Under the pieces are notes generated by a model. It saw nothing but the letters and a program-made list of their open reading frames with translations. It made no database searches and was not told where the DNA came from. From contig JAYZLP010000012.1 in NCBI GenBank assembly GCA_036154155.1, positions 22,393 to 86,392 of the forward strand: a stretch of 64,000 nt of DNA. The letters are read 5' to 3'. Numbering within the stretch: position 1 is the stretch's first letter; every line of letters starts with the position of its first letter. This document shows positions 10,113 to 19,327 of the stretch, one piece after another. The DNA comes from Thermoplasmatota archaeon (lineage in GTDB: Archaea; Thermoplasmatota; Poseidoniia; Poseidoniales; Thalassarchaeaceae). A program made the translations under genes and the position numbers.

Positions 10113-10277
10113 CTACTCTACGTGCCAGTTGTGTCCGCATACGGTGCAATAGAGATTGAAACCGCCTATGGAAACAGGTAGCCCGCCCACGTCAATCTTG
10201 GATCCGCATCCCGGGCACTTCTCTGCGGCCATGCGTGTCCCACTATGATTCAGTTATTCAAGGAAACTGTGCATTAG

Positions 10278-10862
10278 TCAGGAGTCCCTGAACTTCTTCC
10301 ATAGGCTCTTGATTGGAAAAGCCATCTCACCTGCGCCCGCCAGTAACATGACGCCCACGCCTGCAAGGACAATTTCTACAAATGAGGAGAGGTGAACTTC
10401 AGTATTTATCGTGACAATCTGCTCATCGAGGGTGGACCCGTCCTTTCCAGCCGTAACAAAGCGATAATTGCCGGGCTTCAAAGTGAATTCGAAATCTCCG
10501 TCGTCCGAGTTCGGGCCTCCTGCTTCGTACTCGAAGTCCTCGGACGTGCACGAAGTTAAGCCATTGGAATCAGGAGGGCAATCTTCTGCATATTTCGCAT
10601 CAACAACCCCAATCCAACTTCTATCGGGTTCGTCCCACTGGATTTCAAGTTGGATGTCAAGGAGAAAGAATGACGCTGGAACATCGAGGTTTTCTGTTGT
10701 CATGCCGACTAGGCACCCAACTGAGTCGTCAGTGCAGGGAACTATTGGTACATCTGTCCTAGACTCATCTAAACCAACCCCAAGAAGGCTACCTAGGACC
10801 AATAACACGCACACTGAGCCAACGGCCCCGGGGAGAACAGATAGGATCCTTACCATGTTCAT
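10278..10862 (-). CDS. Hypothetical secreted / membrane-anchored protein
   Basis: N-terminal signal peptide (VLPGAVGSVCVLLVLGSLLGVGL) and a C-terminal hydrophobic anchor followed by a basic tail (KSLWKKFRDS). Confidence 0.5.
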   Translation of the reverse strand: MNMVRILSVLPGAVGSVCVLLVLGSLLGVGLDESRTDVPIVPCTDDSVGCLVGMTTENLDVPASFFLLDIQLEIQWDEPDRSWIGVVDAKYAEDCPPDSNGLTSCTSEDFEYEAGGPNSDDGDFEFTLKPGNYRFVTAGKDGSTLDEQIVTINTEVHLSSFVEIVLAGVGVMLLAGAGEMAFPIKSLWKKFRDS

Positions 10863-10881
10863 ATCATCACTCCGGAATAAA

Positions 10882-11217
10882 TCAAACGGCCCCTCCGGCC
10901 AACTGCAGCATCAGCAGAATGATTGCGATACCAGGGAAAAGGTACATCATTATCGTCAACCTCTTTCTAGAGCTCTCCCTTTTCTCATTCTTCTCTATAC
11001 ATGCAGACTCTGAGCAGACTGCTGGATCACTATCCATTGAAATTGGCGACCAGCAGACCACACAATGGCGATGCGGTTCTATAGCCATCGAGCTGTTTGC
11101 CCTCTTCCTTTTCTCATCTTGCCTACGCTTCGAGGCAGCATCCCTAGCTTCCTGCGCGGTCCTTCTGGCAGCCTTGGCTATCCTGTCTGTCCTGCTCAAG
11201 GATTCACGCCCCTTCAA
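10882..11217 (-). CDS. Small Zn-ribbon protein with C-terminal transmembrane anchor
   Basis: Basic N-terminus, Cys cluster HCVVCWSP...AVCSESAC and a C-terminal TM (LFPGIAIILLMLQLAGGAV). Overlaps pyrH by 14 nt on the same strand. Confidence 0.4.
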   Translation of the reverse strand: MKGRESLSRTDRIAKAARRTAQEARDAASKRRQDEKRKRANSSMAIEPHRHCVVCWSPISMDSDPAVCSESACIEKNEKRESSRKRLTIMMYLFPGIAIILLMLQLAGGAV

Positions 11218-11908
11218 CTAACGTCCCTTCAAAATCGTCGCCTATAATTGCAGCACGAATCAGCCCCACGTTTCTTCCATCAAGAATGTTCAGAGTCATA
11301 CCTGCATCTCTAGCCTCAGAGACTCCCACTGGATCGACAATCTGGGAGGCCCCTGCCCTAGAGTGCTCGGCGGGACCGACAATTTCCTGCAGCTGCCCGA
11401 GTGTGAGCAGGTCATGAGGCTCAGCATCAGGATTGGTTCGGGGATCATCGTCGTAGACCTTGGGGACATTTGTTGCTATTATGCACCTGTCGGCACCAGA
11501 AGCAACGGCAAAACGAATCGCTACTGCGTCAGTAGTGTGACCAGGGGTTGTCCCTCCCATGACAACTACGGGCCTCTCTTCAAGAAGCAATACAGCTTCA
11601 TCGACTCTGGAAGGAATGGTTCCAGAGACCGAAACACCGGCATCTGAAAGGGCCTCTCTTACAATGGTTGCATTCAGCCTAGTGGCGGCAATTCCAATCT
11701 TGTCCAGATGACCTTCATTGTCTATTAGTGGCCTAGCTAATTCAATACCCTCTCTGGCGGGAGCTCCTCCGCCGACCACAATCCCGATCCTGTCATCCAT
11801 TGAAACCCTGTCTCTGATCACAGATACTAGCCCTTCGAGCCAAGCGTGACGCTCCTCTATTTCGGGCCTAAGGAGGCTGCCTCCGATAGCTGCGATAACC
11901 GTCGCCAT
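11204..11908 (-). CDS. pyrH: UMP kinase (archaeal type)
   Basis: Amino-acid-kinase fold with IGIVVGGGAPAREGIE and IGIAATRLNATIV motifs, characteristic of archaeal uridylate kinase. Confidence 0.8.
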   Translation of the reverse strand: MATVIAAIGGSLLRPEIEERHAWLEGLVSVIRDRVSMDDRIGIVVGGGAPAREGIELARPLIDNEGHLDKIGIAATRLNATIVREALSDAGVSVSGTIPSRVDEAVLLLEERPVVVMGGTTPGHTTDAVAIRFAVASGADRCIIATNVPKVYDDDPRTNPDAEPHDLLTLGQLQEIVGPAEHSRAGASQIVDPVGVSEARDAGMTLNILDGRNVGLIRAAIIGDDFEGTLVEGA

Positions 11909-12005
11909 CGACTAATGGGCCGGGACGCCCCCTTTCAATGCCTATGCCCAACCATCGTCTAAGGGTTGAAATGCTGCCCCTCCGGCCTTCCGCAGGAGGG
12001 AAGGT

Positions 12006-13253
12006 ATGTCTGACGAGCTTGAGCTTCAGCAACGCAGACTCAGACTGAAGAAGGCGGTAGAAGACTTGTCCTCGATGAAGGGTATGGGCACCGAACTAGT
12101 TTCATTGGTCATTCCCCCTGATAAAATGATTAGCGACGTCCGCCATCAATTAGGAAACGAGGCCGGACAGGCCGCCAATATCAAATCCAAGTCGACCAGG
12201 AAGCACGTTTCCGACGCTATTGAATCTGCAATGGCTTCACTGAACAGGTACAAAACCCCCGGAGAAAGGGGATTGGCGTTGTTCGTTGGGTACGTTATAG
12301 TCGGCAACAACAAGACAAGGCTCGTAAATGTGGTAATCGATGATCCACCAGAGCCATTCGGCTCTTACAGATACAGGTGCGGTTCCACATTCGAGGTAAG
12401 CCAACTCGAAGAAATGCTGATCGATAGGACCGCTTACGGTTTGTTTGTAATAGATCGTTCAGAGTCAGCATATGGGCTTGCCAGTGGGAAGAGATTACAT
12501 TGCCAGGAGCACGTGACTTCCCTAGTACCCTCTAAACACGGGAGAGGGGGCCAGTCCGCTCAGAGATTCGAGAGGCTAATTGAGGAAGCGGCTGATAAAT
12601 TCTTCAAGAAGTCTGCTGAGAGAGCCAGCGCTTACTGGCTACCAATGATCGAGGATCTCAAAGGAATAATCATCGGAGGCCCTGGTGCAACAAAGGATTA
12701 TGTTGTCAAGAACGACTACTTTCATCATGAAATAAAGAAGCTCATCAGGGAGCCATTCTTCGATGTAGGGTACTCCAACGAGAGTGGCCTAAGGGAGCTT
12801 ATTCAGCGTGCTGGGGGGTTGATGGACCAGATTGAATTGGATACCGAGAGGAAGCTGGTCGACTCCTTCCTCAGGGAAGTTATGCAGGCCCATCCAAAGG
12901 CGACATACGGCGAGGTGATGATCAGAACGGCCTTGGAACAAGGAGCCGTCGACAGGCTACTCCTGTCCGAGAATATCACCAAGAGGAGGGTTTTCTGGTT
13001 TTGCAAGAATTGTGGGAATGAGTGGGAACAGACGCAAAAGAGCCGCTCCGAGGTTCCAGATTGTAACTCTTGTTCCGCCGAGGATGTCAGAGAGGATCAA
13101 GAAAGATCAATGGACTTGATTGACGAACTAACCCTTCTAGCGGGGCATACATCAGCATCAGTCACACTCGTCTCCATGGATACTGAGGAGGGAGCCACAC
13201 TGTACGATGCCTTCGGAGGAATAGCAGCTCTTCTACGGTATCCAATATCCTGA
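12006..13253 (+). CDS. prf1: Peptide chain release factor aRF1
   Basis: NIKS motif (AANIKSKSTRKHV) and GGQ motif (HGRGGQSAQRFERL). Length 415 aa. Confidence 0.9.
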   Translation: MSDELELQQRRLRLKKAVEDLSSMKGMGTELVSLVIPPDKMISDVRHQLGNEAGQAANIKSKSTRKHVSDAIESAMASLNRYKTPGERGLALFVGYVIVGNNKTRLVNVVIDDPPEPFGSYRYRCGSTFEVSQLEEMLIDRTAYGLFVIDRSESAYGLASGKRLHCQEHVTSLVPSKHGRGGQSAQRFERLIEEAADKFFKKSAERASAYWLPMIEDLKGIIIGGPGATKDYVVKNDYFHHEIKKLIREPFFDVGYSNESGLRELIQRAGGLMDQIELDTERKLVDSFLREVMQAHPKATYGEVMIRTALEQGAVDRLLLSENITKRRVFWFCKNCGNEWEQTQKSRSEVPDCNSCSAEDVREDQERSMDLIDELTLLAGHTSASVTLVSMDTEEGATLYDAFGGIAALLRYPIS

Positions 13254-13262
13254 GGTGATTGA

Positions 13263-15005
13263 ATGAGGCAACTAATCAGCGAGGTACTTCCCCTCATGGA
13301 ACCACATCTCCTTTCACTTGGCCTAGAGGAAGGAACTTGGGAGGGTTTAGTGGGCCCATCAACAGTTGGCGGTTCGTTGGCAGACGTCGCCATGCCCTGT
13401 CACTCACTATCTCCCGTGCTGAAGAAGAGCCCCGCTGATATAGCCGGTGAGATTTCTTCTGCAATTTCTCACAGTCTCATTGGAATTGCCGAGGTCTCTT
13501 CTCTGAATGGATTCGTGAATCTCTCAGCCACTGAGTCATGGCTATCAGCAAGGGTCGAGGTTTTGACGACGGATCCAAGGATGGGCGTATCGCTAGACGA
13601 GCCCAGGGTAATCGCCGTTGACTATTCGGCTCCAAATGTTGCCAAGGAAATGCATGTTGGCCACCTCAGGTCAACAGTAATTGGTGATGCAATAGTGAGG
13701 ATGTTGGAATTCAAGGGGCACACTGTCCACAGGGAAAATCACGTTGGTGACTGGGGGACTCCTTTTGGGATGTTAATTGAGCACCTTCTTGACATCGGAG
13801 AAGGCAATGTCGCCGGTGAAAAAGGGATTTCAGATTTCGATTTGTTCTATAAGGAGGCAAGGACGAAGTTCGATGAAGATTCGGAATTTGCAGAGAGGGC
13901 AAGGTCCAGGGTGGTAATGTTGCAAAGTGAGGAGGAAGAGACTCTCAGGCTTTGGCGAATTCTCGTGGATGTATCGACAAATTACTTCAATGATGTTTAC
14001 TCGATGTTAGGGGTCCTTCTTACTGATGACGACCTCATGGGGGAGTCCGCATATAGGCATTTATTGCCAAACGTCGTTGAACGATTGTCGGAAACTGGAA
14101 TGCTCCAGAATAGCGAAGGGGCAGACGTGGTCTTTCTCGGCGGGAAGTGGCTCAACCGTGATGGTGAACCATTCCCCGTGATGATCAGGAAGGCAGATGG
14201 AGGGTTCAATTACTCAACATCAGATCTCGCATGCATTATCGACAGAGTCGAGAGGATTGGTTGCGACGAACTTCTGTATGTTGTCGGGACTCCTCAGAAA
14301 CAACATTTCGAGATGGTTTTCGAGGTCGCCACAAAGGCCGGATTCATGGACCATTCTCACCGTGCCGTGCATGTGAACTTTGGTTCAGTGCTGGATTCTA
14401 GTGGCCAGATGCTGAAGAGTAGGAAGGGCCAGACTGTGAAGCTGGTGGATCTTCTCAGAGAGGCAGTATCGAGGGCAGAGTCATCAATTTCCGAGAAGAA
14501 TCCCGGTCTCAGTGGGGACGAGAGGGAGATTGCAGCTAGGATGATTGGCATTGGCGCTGTGAAATATTCCGACCTGTCTTCAGACAGAACCAAGGACTAT
14601 GTCTTCGATTGGGACAGGATGCTTTCATTCGAGGGCAATACTGCACCTTATCTCCAGTATGCCCACGCAAGAATCTGCAGCATATTCTCACGTTCTGGAA
14701 TTGGAAGGGAATCAGTCCAAGAGTCCCAGATTAACTTAGGAACTCCAGAGGAGGTGAATTTGGCGAAAACCTTGGTACTCTTCTCAGAGGCAGTTGATTA
14801 TTCAGCTGCCGGACTTTATCCCCACAGGCTTTGTACGCACCTGCACTCGATTGCTTCCTCATTCGCTTCGTTCTATGAGGTGTGCCTTGTATTGGATGAA
14901 GACGACGAAGTCAAATCAAGTAGGCTAGCGATGTGTGATTTAACCGCTAGGGCGTTGTCTCTGGGATTGGGCCTACTGGGGATAGATTGTCCTGAGAGAA
15001 TGTGA
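13263..15005 (+). CDS. argS: Arginyl-tRNA synthetase
   Basis: HIGH-region motif MHVGHLRSTVIGDAIVRML. Length 580 aa. The C-terminal anticodon-binding DALR-type region is present. Confidence 0.9.
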   Translation: MRQLISEVLPLMEPHLLSLGLEEGTWEGLVGPSTVGGSLADVAMPCHSLSPVLKKSPADIAGEISSAISHSLIGIAEVSSLNGFVNLSATESWLSARVEVLTTDPRMGVSLDEPRVIAVDYSAPNVAKEMHVGHLRSTVIGDAIVRMLEFKGHTVHRENHVGDWGTPFGMLIEHLLDIGEGNVAGEKGISDFDLFYKEARTKFDEDSEFAERARSRVVMLQSEEEETLRLWRILVDVSTNYFNDVYSMLGVLLTDDDLMGESAYRHLLPNVVERLSETGMLQNSEGADVVFLGGKWLNRDGEPFPVMIRKADGGFNYSTSDLACIIDRVERIGCDELLYVVGTPQKQHFEMVFEVATKAGFMDHSHRAVHVNFGSVLDSSGQMLKSRKGQTVKLVDLLREAVSRAESSISEKNPGLSGDEREIAARMIGIGAVKYSDLSSDRTKDYVFDWDRMLSFEGNTAPYLQYAHARICSIFSRSGIGRESVQESQINLGTPEEVNLAKTLVLFSEAVDYSAAGLYPHRLCTHLHSIASSFASFYEVCLVLDEDDEVKSSRLAMCDLTARALSLGLGLLGIDCPERM

Positions 15006-15008
15006 GTA

Positions 15009-16811
15009 CTAGGCCTCGCCATATGAGAGGTATCTCACTAACGATCCAAAAATTACCCCCGAAACAACCAAACTCTCCTCATTGAACCTGTCCATCCTAT
15101 CTAGGTATGTGTGATATTCCGTAGAACCGGAACCATAGCACACAATCGCATTCCCGTATTCCATGCCATCGTCGGGCTCGTTATCAATCTCGTAAACGAA
15201 TGGCGCATGATCCGAATTATATGGCATCCCGCTTGAATCAATGTCTCTGATGTTGATGGCATATTTTGATGAAAGTTCAGGAAACGACTCAGAGAAGGCC
15301 TTGGAAATCCCCCTCAATGACTCGACATCAGACTTACTGTTCCCGAACATGGTCAAACCGGTGTTCCTCTCAAGATCGACGTGATTCATGTCTAGGTTCA
15401 CATACAGCCTGAGGTTCTCTCCAAGCATAGTTCTGTACTTGTCCACCCACTCTTTGGATCCCCAGAGGCCTTCCTCCTCTCCTCCCCACGTGCAGAAATA
15501 TAGGGTATGCTCTGGCTCTCCAAGTTGAGACTCAAGTATCCCAAACTGTCGAGCAATCTCCTGCAGTGTGGCGACTCCTGAGGTATCGTCCACAGCACCA
15601 GGTCCATTGTAGACTGTGTCATGGTGAGCACCCATCACTATGGCCGATTCGGTCTTGCCTTGGATGACTCCACAAGGGACACGTATGGTCGCCACCCCTT
15701 GATTATCAACATCTGTCATCATACCCAACCTTCCGTCCCCATTTATCACCATGTCAACAATTGTTTCTCCGACACTCTTTGAGACCATGATGAACCCGAA
15801 ACTGTCTGGAATGAAATCGAATTGGCTTTTGTCTACCGATTTGAAGTATGGTACGCAATCGCCCATGACCAAATCATCACAGTTCTGTTTAGCGTTAATT
15901 GTAATCATACTGTATACGTCATTTTCTATGGCCCGCTGAAGTAATGCAGTATTCCCATCTGTCCCTTCTTCGAGCCACACCATTGCTATTTTGCTTGCTG
16001 CGGAACCCCAATCAGCCTCTGAACTCCCATTGCCCAAGTCGATGATTTCCATGTTCTCGACATGACTCACCGATGCCGAGCCGCTGTATCCTTGGATGAC
16101 GAATTCTTCTCTATGAGTGAAATATGTAACTTCCCTATTCACATCCGCTCCCGAACAGGGTGTGGGCCCGCCTATCAGCCCCCCAATATCCCCGGGCACG
16201 CAAATAGACAATATCGGCTCCTCGCCAATAACAAACATTGGAACTTCGAACTCATCCATTGTCGTAGGTATCCCCGCCGAAGTAAAGTTATTTTTTATTG
16301 ATTCAGCAGCATTCAGCTCTTCTACAGTGCCTGACATTCTCCCCTCCCATTCAGGATGGCCAAGATCAACAAGAGATTGTGCATATTCCCTGACTTGGCT
16401 CTGATCGAATTCAATAAGCCTGTATTCTGGCTCTCCCTGGATCCACTCAATAATATCGTCTCCGTAGAGGAGAGCCCCTCCGGCACCGCCAACCATCAAA
16501 ACCGCTGCAACCGCGAGAACCTGCACGGGCATCTCGCGAATTCTCCCTATTCTTTTACGCACATTTTCAGGCGAGTTGTAATAGAGAATCTTCCTCAATA
16601 TCCCCTCATTTTGCGTAGATTCAGCCTCGACGACTATTTCCGCATCAATGACTTCGCTTTCTAGCATCCTCTCCACGAGTTCTGATTTGTTACCAGAAAC
16701 TGGCAAACCCCTCGATTTCAGAGCTTCTTTGAGTTCTGAAACGGTAAGCTCCGACCAATCAGAATCATCTCCCATCGGGAAATTACGACCACTCTTGACT
16801 ATTGAACCCAT
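15009..16811 (-). CDS. Membrane-anchored M28-family zinc peptidase with N-terminal SAP/Rho_N-like motif
   Basis: N-terminal LTVSELKEALKSRGLPVSGNKSELVERML matches a SAP / Rho_N helix-extended-helix motif. One TM follows (VLAVAAVLMVGGAGGALLY). The C-terminal M28 aminopeptidase core (GAHHDTVYNGPGAVDDTSGVATLQEIARQF) carries the metal ligands. Confidence 0.7.
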   Translation of the reverse strand: MGSIVKSGRNFPMGDDSDWSELTVSELKEALKSRGLPVSGNKSELVERMLESEVIDAEIVVEAESTQNEGILRKILYYNSPENVRKRIGRIREMPVQVLAVAAVLMVGGAGGALLYGDDIIEWIQGEPEYRLIEFDQSQVREYAQSLVDLGHPEWEGRMSGTVEELNAAESIKNNFTSAGIPTTMDEFEVPMFVIGEEPILSICVPGDIGGLIGGPTPCSGADVNREVTYFTHREEFVIQGYSGSASVSHVENMEIIDLGNGSSEADWGSAASKIAMVWLEEGTDGNTALLQRAIENDVYSMITINAKQNCDDLVMGDCVPYFKSVDKSQFDFIPDSFGFIMVSKSVGETIVDMVINGDGRLGMMTDVDNQGVATIRVPCGVIQGKTESAIVMGAHHDTVYNGPGAVDDTSGVATLQEIARQFGILESQLGEPEHTLYFCTWGGEEEGLWGSKEWVDKYRTMLGENLRLYVNLDMNHVDLERNTGLTMFGNSKSDVESLRGISKAFSESFPELSSKYAINIRDIDSSGMPYNSDHAPFVYEIDNEPDDGMEYGNAIVCYGSGSTEYHTYLDRMDRFNEESLVVSGVIFGSLVRYLSYGEA

Positions 16812-16837
16812 TTGGAAAACGATTCCCTAGGTGACGT

Positions 16838-17416
16838 TTAATCCTGTGAAACTTCTTCGCCAGTCCACCTATTTCCCAACTCATGTTCCACATCTAGCTG
16901 GTCAAGTATCCTAGCAACAACAAAGTCCACTAATTCCTCGATTGTCGTTGGAGCGTGATAGAACCCGGGGTTTGCCGGAAGTATCACAACGCCCCATGAT
17001 GACATCCTTGCCATGGCCTCAAGATGAGGCGTGGACATCGGGGTCTCCCTCGGGACCAGGATCAGCTTCCTCCTCTCCTTAATTGCCACAAGGGCGCTCC
17101 TGGTGGCCAGGTTATCTGAGATTCCTGACGCTACCTTCCCTATTGTGGTTCCACTGGCGGGACAGAGGATGTATGCATCATACTTCGCCGATCCAGAAGC
17201 CGGTTTAGCAGCAAGGTTAGCATTACTATGCAAAGTAACTCCGTCGATTTCGGATAGCTCTTCTGGTTTCATCCCGCATTCAAGATCGAGATTAATGGCG
17301 CCAGCCCCTGTAACAATTAGATCTACATTCCACCCATAGTTGCTCAGTTGCTCTACTAGCCTCACTCCATACCTGGCCCCAGAGGCCCCAGTTATCGCCA
17401 CTACCGCCTCCGGCAT
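16838..17416 (-). CDS. ubiX: UbiX/Pad1-family flavin prenyltransferase-like flavoprotein
   Basis: VVAITGASGARYGVRLVEQL and LILVPRETPMSTPHLEAM match UbiX/PAD1 flavoproteins. Start set at MPEAVV; the ORF track extends to 17464. Confidence 0.7.
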   Translation of the reverse strand: MPEAVVAITGASGARYGVRLVEQLSNYGWNVDLIVTGAGAINLDLECGMKPEELSEIDGVTLHSNANLAAKPASGSAKYDAYILCPASGTTIGKVASGISDNLATRSALVAIKERRKLILVPRETPMSTPHLEAMARMSSWGVVILPANPGFYHAPTTIEELVDFVVARILDQLDVEHELGNRWTGEEVSQD

Positions 17417-17453
17417 GTATGGTGGGCCACGCCCAATGGACTTGAATGGTTTC

Positions 17454-18647
17454 CTACCTTCCAAGGATATCTTTCAATGCTTCTCCAAGGTAAATGTATT
17501 CATCTTCGTGATTGTAAAGTTGAGCAGAGATTCTGATGTATTTGGTGCCGTGATGCGTCCACGCCATCACGGGAACCTGTATCTTGAAATCGTCATACAG
17601 GGAATTGTGAATAGGATCCCCATCCATCCCTGGGGCGACAACCTCACCTTTCCATGGGAACTCAACAGCAGCTAGTGATGAAATCATAGATTCGGGAGTC
17701 GGAGGAGTCGTCCCTAAGGCCTCGCAGATAATATTCCTGCCTTTCAGGGCTAGCCTCCTGTTTCTTTCCATTATCTCTGGCCACCCTCCATCGACTAAAC
17801 CCTCCATGTATTTCAGTGCAAATGGGATACAAAGCCAAGCAGTCGGATCCTGTGTTCCCGGCCAATCGAATTCGAATCTGAACTTCTCCTGATCCGTACC
17901 TTCGCTAGAATAACCGTGACCAATATTTAGCGGTTTAATCAGGTGCTTCCTGTCTTCCCTAATGTGTAGGAACGCTGAACCCTTCGGCGTACAAATCCAT
18001 TTGTGACAGTTGCCAGTGATGTAGGCCGGCTGCAAGTCGGAGATGTCTATCTCAACAATGCCGGGACCGTGAGCCGCATCAAGAAGGACATCAACACCCC
18101 TTCCCTGAATTTTCTTAACCAATTTTTCGAATGGCATTCTCAGTCCCGTGGGGCTAGTCACCGTATCTATCATCACTAGGACAGTCCTATCGGTTATGGC
18201 ACCCATAACGAGATTGACAATCTCTTCTTCGCTTTCCACCCTGAATGGGATGTCAACAACCACTGTTTTGGCCCCTGATCTAGAGGTAACGTAGTCAACA
18301 GCGTTCCAACACGCTTGGTATGCATGATTTGGAACAATAATTTCGTCCCCCCTTTCCAGATCCAAGGATCTCAGAATCGTATTGACGCCGGCGGTGGCAT
18401 TTGTGACAAATGCCATCCCGTCGGGATCGGCATTCATGAATTCGGAGATTGCAATTATGGATTCCCACCAAAGGTCGCGGCTTACCCTCTCGACGAATAA
18501 TACAGGATCGTCCTCCATCAGTCTTCTGAGTCTATTTTGTTCCTCCAATACAGCAATCGGTGTCGCTCCGAATGAACCATGGTTCAGAAATACGGTTTCT
18601 TCATCGAGGCCCCAGTGGCTGGATAAGTCCCCCTTCTTAGGAATCAT
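17454..18647 (-). CDS. PLP-dependent class V aminotransferase (isopenicillin-N-epimerase / cysteine-desulfurase-like)
   Basis: FLNHGSFGATP N-terminal signature and fold-type I length. Start set at MIPKKGD, giving a 4-nt overlap with lipB. Confidence 0.65.
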   Translation of the reverse strand: MIPKKGDLSSHWGLDEETVFLNHGSFGATPIAVLEEQNRLRRLMEDDPVLFVERVSRDLWWESIIAISEFMNADPDGMAFVTNATAGVNTILRSLDLERGDEIIVPNHAYQACWNAVDYVTSRSGAKTVVVDIPFRVESEEEIVNLVMGAITDRTVLVMIDTVTSPTGLRMPFEKLVKKIQGRGVDVLLDAAHGPGIVEIDISDLQPAYITGNCHKWICTPKGSAFLHIREDRKHLIKPLNIGHGYSSEGTDQEKFRFEFDWPGTQDPTAWLCIPFALKYMEGLVDGGWPEIMERNRRLALKGRNIICEALGTTPPTPESMISSLAAVEFPWKGEVVAPGMDGDPIHNSLYDDFKIQVPVMAWTHHGTKYIRISAQLYNHEDEYIYLGEALKDILGR

Positions 18648-19324
18648 GCCAATACTTCCGGAGTCCAATTTTCAGGCTTCATTGGGGCCCTTTTCAGAAA
18701 TTCCTCGCAGGTTTCAAGCAAAGCCTCTTCGAACCGGAGAATGTCCAGGGGCTCTCCAGATTCATCATGCGTGTATCCAAGCTGGTGCAGACTTGTATGG
18801 GTCCCCCTTGTCATCCCACAACCTTCCAGATCCTCAACCCTGGAGCCGGGAGTATCGACATTAATCGACATGCCATGCCGACTAACCCAGTGCAAAAATG
18901 ACAGACCGATTGAACAGACTTTGTACCCATCTACCCAGGCTCCTTGCATTGACGGATCTTTGTAGGACTCAACACCGCATTCCCCCATAGCGGCAATGGA
19001 CCAGTCCTCCAGTATTCCGATGATTTTCCTGACGCTCTGCTCCCCTACTTCCCACTTAATGATGGGGTAAACCACCAACTGGCCGGGCCCATGCCAGGTT
19101 ATCCCCCCTCCTCTATCAGTCTCTGTTGTAGGGTAGCCATCAACTTCGACCCCATCCCTCCTGGCCTTTGGCCCTATGGTTACAACCTCGGGGTGCTCTA
19201 CAATGATGAGTGTATCCGGAATTTTATCCTCAATCCTTTCTTTCTGGAGCTCCTTCATGGCCTTTGAAACAAGGGAATGCTCGACCATCCCAGCTCTGAG
19301 GACCCTAATCTTCCTCATTGCCAA
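18644..19324 (-). CDS. lipB: Octanoyltransferase (lipoyl(octanoyl) transferase LipB)
   Basis: VEHPEVVTIG...RGGGITWHGPGQLVVYPI matches the LipB catalytic region. Confidence 0.8.
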   Translation of the reverse strand: MAMRKIRVLRAGMVEHSLVSKAMKELQKERIEDKIPDTLIIVEHPEVVTIGPKARRDGVEVDGYPTTETDRGGGITWHGPGQLVVYPIIKWEVGEQSVRKIIGILEDWSIAAMGECGVESYKDPSMQGAWVDGYKVCSIGLSFLHWVSRHGMSINVDTPGSRVEDLEGCGMTRGTHTSLHQLGYTHDESGEPLDILRFEEALLETCEEFLKRAPMKPENWTPEVLA

Positions 19325-19327
19325 ACC

